DNA of 64,000 nt from Planctomycetota bacterium (GTDB lineage: Bacteria > Planctomycetota > UBA11346): positions 42,724 to 106,723 of the forward strand of contig JBBQCI010000001.1 in the NCBI GenBank assembly GCA_038318565.1, given 5' to 3'. Of this stretch, positions 7,660-15,030 are shown piece by piece (position 1 is the first letter of the stretch; every line of letters starts with the position of its first letter). A program made the translations under genes and the position numbers. Below the pieces are notes generated by a model. That model had not been told where the DNA came from. It did not search any database and saw only the letters and a program-made list of their open reading frames with translations.

Positions 7660-10161
7660 ATGCGCTCGCGTTCACACATTCCGACCCACCTCTCGCCGCT
7701 TTTGCTGGCTATCGCCGTCCTGGCGCCTGCCGCGGAAGGTGGGCCTGCGCCGACTCCGGCACCCGCTCCAGCCGCGGTCGAACAGACTGCCCGGCCGGGC
7801 GAGGCCGAGGTCGCAGCTGACGCGGCTTATGCCGAAGCGCTGGCCAAGTATCGAGCAGGCGCCTTCGCCGAATCGCTCGAGCTGGTCGATCGCGCCGTCC
7901 AGCTATACCCGCCGCACGCTGGCGCCCAGCAGCTGCGCAGCGATGTGCTTGCCGTGCTCAACAACCGTGACAACCGCCTCAAGATGGCTGCTGCCTGGTT
8001 CGGCAGCCTGCAGGACGTCCGCACCCAAGAGACCGCCGTACGGCTGGCCGCCCTGCTCGAACGCGGCGACAAGGCGATGGCGGCGGGCGATTTCGAATCA
8101 GCGGAGCTGGACTACGATCGCGTCGACATCGGTATCCGCTCGTTTCCTTTTGCCTTCGAATGGGGCGAACTGCCCAAGCAGGTCGCCGCCAAGCGAGCCG
8201 AGGCCAGCGACAAAGTGCGCCTACGTACCATTCAGCGCCAGACCGATGACCGTCAGGCCGCTGCCGACACGGCCAAACGCCAAGCCGATCTCCAGGCCGA
8301 AGGTCTGCGCCTGAAGGTCGACGAACTCATGCGTCGCGCCAAGACCGCATACGACCGCAAAGATTACCGTCGCTCCGAAGTCGAGTCGTGGAACGCCTAC
8401 GAGTTGGATCGGCGCCGCGACGACGCTCGCGAACTCTATCTCGCGTCACGCCGCGAAGGCCATTACCAGTTCGATGGCCAATACCGTGTCGAGCGCGCCG
8501 AAGGCATCGCCCGGGTTTCGGAGGAGATCCACAAGGCGCTGGTTCCGCAGAATGAACTGCTGGTCTACCCGGAAGATTGGCGCCGCCGCACTCTGCGTAC
8601 TCCGCGAGAGATCGGCACACAGAAGGCCGAACCGTGGATGGCGGCCCTCAACGACCGCCTCGAACAGCGCGTCACCTTCGACTTTCAGGACCAGTCCTTT
8701 GAAGACGTCGTTGCCTTCCTCCGTCAAGTGACCGGAGTCAACATCATCGTTAGCCCGCAGGTCCTGGCCACCGCAGGCGGCGGCACGGTGACCCTGAAGG
8801 TGCGCGAGATGCGCTTCCGGGATGCCCTGAAATGGATCCTGGAAATCACTGGCTGGAAGATGGCTATTCAGGATCAAGCCATCTTCATCAATAATGAGGT
8901 GATCACTGGCGCGGCAGCCCTGCGTCTCTACGACGTCACTGACCTGATCACACCGGTGCGAGACTTCGCAGGTGTCGAACTGGCGTACGCTGCCGGTGGC
9001 GGCGCAGGCGGCGCTGCAGGCGGCGGACTGTTTGGGGCCGGCGGTGCCGAAGAGACTGGCGCAGCGCAGGATCCCCAAGAGTTGGTGGACTTCATCAAGA
9101 ACAACGTCACCAAAGACCAGTGGGGCCAGAACAATATCGACGTGCAGCAGCGCAGTGGCTCGACCCTGTTCGTCAGTCACACTCCGGAAGGTCACGAACT
9201 GGTCGCCCGTCTGCTCGCCAACCTGCGCAAGCAGACGGCCTTGCAGGTCAATGTCGGCGTCCGCTTGTTGGATGTGCGCAAAGGCTTCTTCGAAGAGATC
9301 GGCGTCGCCTGGACGGACAATCCCGCTGGATTCCTGAATAACACTGGCGCCGCGTCACTTCCTGGCAGTTTAGCAAACGGCACACCCGTTGATAGTCTGG
9401 AAGGCTGGACGACACGTCGCAATATGAATGGGGAGGCGGGTTACGTCGCTGACGGTTCGATCACCCAGAACCTGCCTGGTAACCGCACCGGGTATATTGC
9501 CCGCGGCCTAACCCTGGAAGGATCGCTGAACTCATCGAACTTCCTCAATGCTGATCAATTGAACGCCATCTTCACCGCCTCTGAGGACGAAACCGACTCG
9601 ACCGTGGTTCAGCATCCGATGCTCAGTTGCTTCAATGGTCAACGTGCCAATGCGACGTTCATCAACCAGTATGCGTTCATCTCCGACTACGAGATCGTCT
9701 CGGGCAACTACGACCCGGTGATCACGGTGCTGAACTACGGTAATATCCTGGATGTGCGTCCGGTTGTTTCCAGCGACCGCAAGTACATCACCATGGAGAT
9801 CCGACCCACGGCTGTCAGCTTCGTCGAATCAACGACGGAGACGATCATCGGTGTGCAGATCATCAACACTGGCGACATCGGGGTTGTCATTCCTGGCGTC
9901 GGGTACCCGATCGAACTGCCCAACATGCTGGTGCAGACCTTGCGCTCGACCGTCATGTTGCCCGATCGTGGAAGCCTCCTCATTGGCGGATTCAACCAGT
10001 CGACGCGTGTACGCAGCCACAGTGGCGTGCCGTTCCTCAGCCACATCCCGTTCCTCGGACGGCTGTTCAGCAAGAACGGCATCTACGACGACAACCGCAG
10101 GTCCTTTTTCCTGCTCAACGCGACCATCATGGACCTTACCGAGGCCGAGTCGCAGCAGTGA
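7660..10161 (+). CDS. secretin (GspD/PilQ family) paralog 1, 833 aa
   Basis: It has a signal peptide and an Arg/Asp/Glu-rich helical N-terminal region. An STN-like domain follows (VTFDFQDQSFEDVVAFLRQVTGVNIIV...ALKWILEITGWKMAIQ), then an N3-like domain. The C-terminal secretin domain ends with GVPFLSHIPFLGRLFSKNG. Confidence 0.85.
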   Translation: MRSRSHIPTHLSPLLLAIAVLAPAAEGGPAPTPAPAPAAVEQTARPGEAEVAADAAYAEALAKYRAGAFAESLELVDRAVQLYPPHAGAQQLRSDVLAVLNNRDNRLKMAAAWFGSLQDVRTQETAVRLAALLERGDKAMAAGDFESAELDYDRVDIGIRSFPFAFEWGELPKQVAAKRAEASDKVRLRTIQRQTDDRQAAADTAKRQADLQAEGLRLKVDELMRRAKTAYDRKDYRRSEVESWNAYELDRRRDDARELYLASRREGHYQFDGQYRVERAEGIARVSEEIHKALVPQNELLVYPEDWRRRTLRTPREIGTQKAEPWMAALNDRLEQRVTFDFQDQSFEDVVAFLRQVTGVNIIVSPQVLATAGGGTVTLKVREMRFRDALKWILEITGWKMAIQDQAIFINNEVITGAAALRLYDVTDLITPVRDFAGVELAYAAGGGAGGAAGGGLFGAGGAEETGAAQDPQELVDFIKNNVTKDQWGQNNIDVQQRSGSTLFVSHTPEGHELVARLLANLRKQTALQVNVGVRLLDVRKGFFEEIGVAWTDNPAGFLNNTGAASLPGSLANGTPVDSLEGWTTRRNMNGEAGYVADGSITQNLPGNRTGYIARGLTLEGSLNSSNFLNADQLNAIFTASEDETDSTVVQHPMLSCFNGQRANATFINQYAFISDYEIVSGNYDPVITVLNYGNILDVRPVVSSDRKYITMEIRPTAVSFVESTTETIIGVQIINTGDIGVVIPGVGYPIELPNMLVQTLRSTVMLPDRGSLLIGGFNQSTRVRSHSGVPFLSHIPFLGRLFSKNGIYDDNRRSFFLLNATIMDLTEAESQQ

Positions 10162-12359
10162 GCCGGAGGCACCAGGATTCGATGCAGACGGGTTCCGCGC
10201 ATGGGCGCGGCCAGTTGCCGCACGCCCTAGTGCTCACGTGTGTCGCCCTGGTAGGACTGCACGGGGCGGACCCGGTATCTGACCATGTGGCAGAGGCACA
10301 GGTCGGCACTGAGGCCGTCGCCATAGAGCTTATACGGGCCATCGATGATGCGTCCTTTCTGCTGGCTGCAGGACGTGCGCGTGAAGCAGCTGGACGCCTG
10401 AGCGATGCCTTGGCTGCAGCCGGGGCCAATGCCCCGCTGGCTGATCGACGACGGGCCGAAGCGTTGCTCGCCGACATCCATCGTCAGGAATCGCGCGATC
10501 AGACGGCTGGCGCGGAAGCCCTGCGCCGGTCCAGCGCTGCCGATGCCCAGGTTGCAGCGAACCATCAGTCTCGTGCTGCCGGCAATGCACGGGCGGAGCG
10601 CTTGTCGCGTATCGATGATCTGCGTCAGCGGAAACACAACGAGCTGGCGCTGGCACATTGCCGCTCGCTCCTGCACGATCTGCCGGGCGATGAAGAGGTT
10701 GATGCGATCTACCGTGAGATCCTCGATGAGACTCATACCGCCCGCAAGATGATTATTGAGGATCGCCAACGTGAACTCCGCAGCGAGTTGGCATTAATGA
10801 TCGAAAAGTCCCTCATCCCTGAGGGACTTGATGGCATGCCTATGTTCCCATCCGATTGGGGGACGGAGCGCATCCGACGTCAATCACCGATAGATGTGTC
10901 CGATCGTCCGGCCGCCTGGGAAGTGACGTTATCCGATCGGCTTGCCAGCCGAGCAACTGTTCAATTGGACGCAGTGCCACTACAAGAGGCGCTGGAACTG
11001 GTCTCCAAGCTGGGTGGGGTCAACCTGATCCCCGCTCCAGAACTGATCGCCTCGGGAGATCGGCTTATCACGCTGCGCGCGAACGACATGCGCTTGGACA
11101 GCATCCTCTCGTGGATAGCCCAACAGGCCTCAACCACCTGGGGCCTGGTGAGCGGTGGGGTTTTTGTTGGAGAACAGCCGGCTTCCAGTCGCAGCATCGT
11201 CCTGCACGACCTCGGTGAACTCCTGGTCGGAGTCGGCGACTTCCCTGGTTTGAGCCTAGCCATGACCACTGGTGGCGGAGGCGGTGGAACAGTAGGTTTC
11301 CTTGCGCCTGCCGCTACAGGCACAGTTGTCCCGACCGCAGATGACATCGCCGACCTCATCCGCAGATCAGTCAGTCCGGCCACCTGGACCGATTCCGAAA
11401 ACACCATGGTGGTTCGCGGCAATGCCCTGCTGGTAACGGCTCCGCCTGCCGTGCATCGTCTCCTGAGGGAATTCCTGCGCGCGCAATCGGCCCAGCACAG
11501 CCTGATGGTCCGAGTTCAACTGTACTGGTTAGAGTTGACCGACACATACGCCGAAGAGATCGGGGTGCAGTGGAGTAGCGGTGGCACCTACCTGACTGGC
11601 ATTCCCGGCAACGCCACGAACAGCTCCGGTCTGCTCCGTCAGGTTAACGGATGGGCTGTCGAGGGTGGTACGGCCAATCAGCTGCCGGCAAATTCGATGA
11701 CCCTGCAGGCATCGGGAACACCCGGAATGACCATGCAGACATCGTTCCTGGGCGATAGCCAGATCTCGGCAGTTCTTCAGGCAAGCGAGCGAAACCATCA
11801 GGGTCGAGTCCTGCGGTCCCCAGAGGTGGCCTGCATGAATGGCCAGCGGGCGAATGCCTTTTTCGGCGACCAGATCGCCTACATCAGCGACTACGAGATT
11901 GTCAGCGGAAACTATGATCCGGTGATCACCGTGCTCAACATCGGCAGTTCGATCGATGTGCGACCACTAGTCAGTGCGGATCGCCGTTACGTGACAATGG
12001 AACTGCGCGCCGCAACTGCCACAGCAACCTTCACGACCGAAAATATTATCGGCGTGCAGATTCTTGCCGGCGATGTCGGTTTGGCCATTCCTGGACAGAC
12101 CTTTCCCGTCGAACTGCCTAACGTCGAAGTCCGCGAAGTCGGTACAACCGTCATGCTGCCAGACAAAGGCAGCCTCTTGGTTGGCGGATTCACGTCGGGA
12201 CTCGATCAATTCGTTGCGACTCGCGTACCCTTGATCGGATCCATCCCGTTCCTGGGTCGTCTCTTCGGCGCTCGCGGTCGCTATGCCGAAAAGCGCAAAC
12301 TCAACCTGCTGACCACCGTCACCATCATCAACTATCCCGAACTGGAGGCCCGCCTGTGA
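10158..12359 (+). CDS. secretin (GspD/PilQ family) paralog 2, 733 aa
   Basis: Its start overlaps the paralog 1 stop. It has an STN-like domain (VQLDAVPLQEALELVSKLGGVNLIP...LDSILSWIAQQAS) and a secretin domain ending RVPLIGSIPFLGRLFGARG. The N-terminal helical region is shorter than in paralogs 1 and 3. Confidence 0.85.
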   Translation: MSRRHQDSMQTGSAHGRGQLPHALVLTCVALVGLHGADPVSDHVAEAQVGTEAVAIELIRAIDDASFLLAAGRAREAAGRLSDALAAAGANAPLADRRRAEALLADIHRQESRDQTAGAEALRRSSAADAQVAANHQSRAAGNARAERLSRIDDLRQRKHNELALAHCRSLLHDLPGDEEVDAIYREILDETHTARKMIIEDRQRELRSELALMIEKSLIPEGLDGMPMFPSDWGTERIRRQSPIDVSDRPAAWEVTLSDRLASRATVQLDAVPLQEALELVSKLGGVNLIPAPELIASGDRLITLRANDMRLDSILSWIAQQASTTWGLVSGGVFVGEQPASSRSIVLHDLGELLVGVGDFPGLSLAMTTGGGGGGTVGFLAPAATGTVVPTADDIADLIRRSVSPATWTDSENTMVVRGNALLVTAPPAVHRLLREFLRAQSAQHSLMVRVQLYWLELTDTYAEEIGVQWSSGGTYLTGIPGNATNSSGLLRQVNGWAVEGGTANQLPANSMTLQASGTPGMTMQTSFLGDSQISAVLQASERNHQGRVLRSPEVACMNGQRANAFFGDQIAYISDYEIVSGNYDPVITVLNIGSSIDVRPLVSADRRYVTMELRAATATATFTTENIIGVQILAGDVGLAIPGQTFPVELPNVEVREVGTTVMLPDKGSLLVGGFTSGLDQFVATRVPLIGSIPFLGRLFGARGRYAEKRKLNLLTTVTIINYPELEARL

Positions 12360-14869
12360 AGCCCCTGCACCACCGCCGTCTGGCGCTCACCGCCACCATG
12401 CTTGCCCTGGCCTACGCCCCGGTGACTGCCGCCGAGACGCCGCCGGCACCGCCTGCCCCACAGACCACTGGCGACGCCAACGCGGCGGCTGCCTTGGACA
12501 AGTACGCGACCGAACGTGACGCCCACCAGGCGGGACCTAACCAGGCGGCCGAGTACCACTTCGTCCGCGGCATGCGCGCCAGGGAAGAGAACCGCTTGCC
12601 CGACGCCGTGCGCGACCTGACTCTGGCGGTCGACTACGCTCCAGCCAATGCCGAGTACCAGGCCCAGCTGCGCGCTGTCCGCGCCCTCGCCGGCCTCGAA
12701 CGCGACCCGCGTTCGCAGCAGATCGACCGGCTCGTCGATGAGGTCCAGGTCAAGGATCAGGAGCTGTGGAATGAGTCCCAGGCAAAGAAGGCCGAAGGCA
12801 TCGCTGCCATGCAGGCCGGAGACTACAATCTGGCCGATCGCACCTTCCAGATGGCACTAGTACGCGTCGAAAGCCTGCCTTTCTCGGATGATCGCAAGAC
12901 CTCGGCAACGACCGAGCTGAACACCCTATTGGCCGAGGCCAAGACCCGTCGCGAAAGCGCCGACCGTGACGATGCCGCTTCCCGCAATCGTGCGGCATCC
13001 GACCGCAGCCGCGAACTGCGCGACATCGGCCTACAGCTCGAACGTGACCGCATCGACGCCATGCTGCGCCGCGCCCTACGCGCCCGCGAACGTCGTGACT
13101 ACGACGAATCCATCCTGATCTGCGAACAGGTTTTGAAGCTCAACCGGGCCGACGACCGGGCGACCGAACTGCTCGCCAAATGTCGCCGGGAACGCCACGT
13201 CTATATCCGCCAGATGACGGCCGACCGCTGGGACGAGGAGCACAAGCTGCTCTCGGAATCCATCCGCACCGCCATGCTGCCGCAGCTCGAACTCGTACGT
13301 TACACCACCGAATGGCCGGAGATCGACGCCCGCCGCAGCGCACCGGTGCAGGGTCTCGAGGAGAAGAGCGAATCCTGGCGCAAGGAGATCGCCAACCAGC
13401 TGGAACAGGAGATTACGCTCGACTTCCAAGATACCGACCTGGCCGACGTGGTGTCCTTCCTGCAACGGGTGACCAACGCCAACATCGTGCTCGATCCGCG
13501 GGTTCTGGCTGCCACGCCAGCCCCGGTGACCCTACGCGTCGAACGCATGAAGTTGAAATTCGTCCTCGACTTTGTGATGAAGATCACCGGTCTGAAGTAC
13601 ACTATGCGCAACGAGGCGATCTACATCTCCAACGAGGAAGGTACGCGCGGCGACCTCTTCATGAAGATGTATGACATCCGCGATCTGACCCACGCCATGG
13701 CCAGCTTCCCAGGCCCGAGCCTGGAAATCCCTGAACCAGGCGGTACCGGCAGCCAGCTGCTGCCTCCGATCGAAGCTGAAGCCAAGCCGGAGACGGGGGA
13801 ATTCATCGAAATCATCAAGCAGGTGGTCGTTCCCGCTTCGTGGGCCGATGGCACAGGCACGACCATCGAAGAGTACAACGGCTCCATGGTGGTGACCCAG
13901 AGCAATGAAGTTCACGTTCAGATCGACGAATTGCTGCGGGCCCTACGCAATCAGCGCGGCTCGCAGGTGCACGTGAAGTGCAAGTTCCTATCGGTAGAAA
14001 ATTCGGCCATGGAAGAGATAGGCGTCAACTGGCGCAATTATGGTACGAGCACCATCTATGGCGCGCCGCAGCCAACCGCTGTACCGCCGTTCAATACCGC
14101 TCCGATCACGGCAGCGAATCCCGTAAACATCGGCAATGCCGGTGCCTCCTGGCAGGGACCAGGTGCCGTCAATACAGCCGGTGAAGTCAATTCCGGCCTT
14201 GCCGGTAGCGGCCTGCCCGGCTATCTGACCGGGACGAACCTGACGACCACCGGTGGTCTGACGGCCAGCACCGCGACGTGGCAGCTTGGATCCGACTTCT
14301 TCGCCCGCGCTATCGTCAATGCGGTCGAGAAAGAGAATCGGGGCAACATCATCTTCCAACCAGACATCACCCTGTTCAACGGTCAACAGGCACACATCGT
14401 CAACATGAATCAGCGGTCGTACATTTCCGACTACGACGTCGTGCAGGGCCAGTATGATCCGATCATCTCGATTCTGTCCTACGGCACAGTGCTTGATGTG
14501 CAGGCCATCGCTTCGGCCGATAAGAAGTACATCACCCTGACGATGCGACCGACCAACGCGAACCTCGACCAGTTCCGTCGCTTCGTCATCGGTCAGTCCG
14601 CCTTCGGATCGTACCCGCTGACCGTACCGCAGATGGTCTACAACGCGGTGCGCACCTCGGCCACCATCCCCGATGGCGGCTCGCTGGTACTGGCCGGCAT
14701 GACCAATGGCATCAGCAACCGCAGTCACGCAGGCGTGCCATTCCTCAGCCACATCCCATTCCTTGGTCGGCTGTTCAGCACCAATGGCCGGGCCGAGTCG
14801 GAACGCCGCCAGATCATCGTCGTGCAGGCAGATCTAGTCCTCTTCGACGAGATCGAGTCGAAGCTGTAA
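12356..14869 (+). CDS. secretin (GspD/PilQ family) paralog 3, 837 aa
   Basis: The GTG start overlaps the paralog 2 stop (GTGA). It has a clear signal peptide (MKPLHHRRLALTATMLALAYAPVTAAE), an STN-like domain (ITLDFQDTDLADVVSFLQRVTNANIVLD) and a secretin domain ending GVPFLSHIPFLGRLFSTNG. A long Gly/Thr/Asn-rich insertion lies within the secretin domain. Confidence 0.85.
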   Translation: MKPLHHRRLALTATMLALAYAPVTAAETPPAPPAPQTTGDANAAAALDKYATERDAHQAGPNQAAEYHFVRGMRAREENRLPDAVRDLTLAVDYAPANAEYQAQLRAVRALAGLERDPRSQQIDRLVDEVQVKDQELWNESQAKKAEGIAAMQAGDYNLADRTFQMALVRVESLPFSDDRKTSATTELNTLLAEAKTRRESADRDDAASRNRAASDRSRELRDIGLQLERDRIDAMLRRALRARERRDYDESILICEQVLKLNRADDRATELLAKCRRERHVYIRQMTADRWDEEHKLLSESIRTAMLPQLELVRYTTEWPEIDARRSAPVQGLEEKSESWRKEIANQLEQEITLDFQDTDLADVVSFLQRVTNANIVLDPRVLAATPAPVTLRVERMKLKFVLDFVMKITGLKYTMRNEAIYISNEEGTRGDLFMKMYDIRDLTHAMASFPGPSLEIPEPGGTGSQLLPPIEAEAKPETGEFIEIIKQVVVPASWADGTGTTIEEYNGSMVVTQSNEVHVQIDELLRALRNQRGSQVHVKCKFLSVENSAMEEIGVNWRNYGTSTIYGAPQPTAVPPFNTAPITAANPVNIGNAGASWQGPGAVNTAGEVNSGLAGSGLPGYLTGTNLTTTGGLTASTATWQLGSDFFARAIVNAVEKENRGNIIFQPDITLFNGQQAHIVNMNQRSYISDYDVVQGQYDPIISILSYGTVLDVQAIASADKKYITLTMRPTNANLDQFRRFVIGQSAFGSYPLTVPQMVYNAVRTSATIPDGGSLVLAGMTNGISNRSHAGVPFLSHIPFLGRLFSTNGRAESERRQIIVVQADLVLFDEIESKL

Positions 14870-14902
14870 GCAACTCAGGTCCAGATCCTATTGGATTTTC
14901 GA

Positions 14903-14941
14903 GAGACACCGACAGCTGTTGCTGTCGGTGTCTCCGTTTCC
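14903..14941 (+). terminator. intrinsic terminator-like hairpin after the secretin operon
   Basis: A perfect 14-bp GC-rich stem (GAGACACCGACAGC, loop TGTT, GCTGTCGGTGTCTC) is followed by CGTTTCC. It lies 34 nt after the secretin 3 stop. Confidence 0.5.
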
Positions 14942-15030
14942 AGCGTATCTGACACCGATCGTTTCAATCGTTGCGTCAGTGGGTCCTGGAGATTGCACCT
15001 TCAGCACGCGTCCATACGTTTTGTAAAGAT

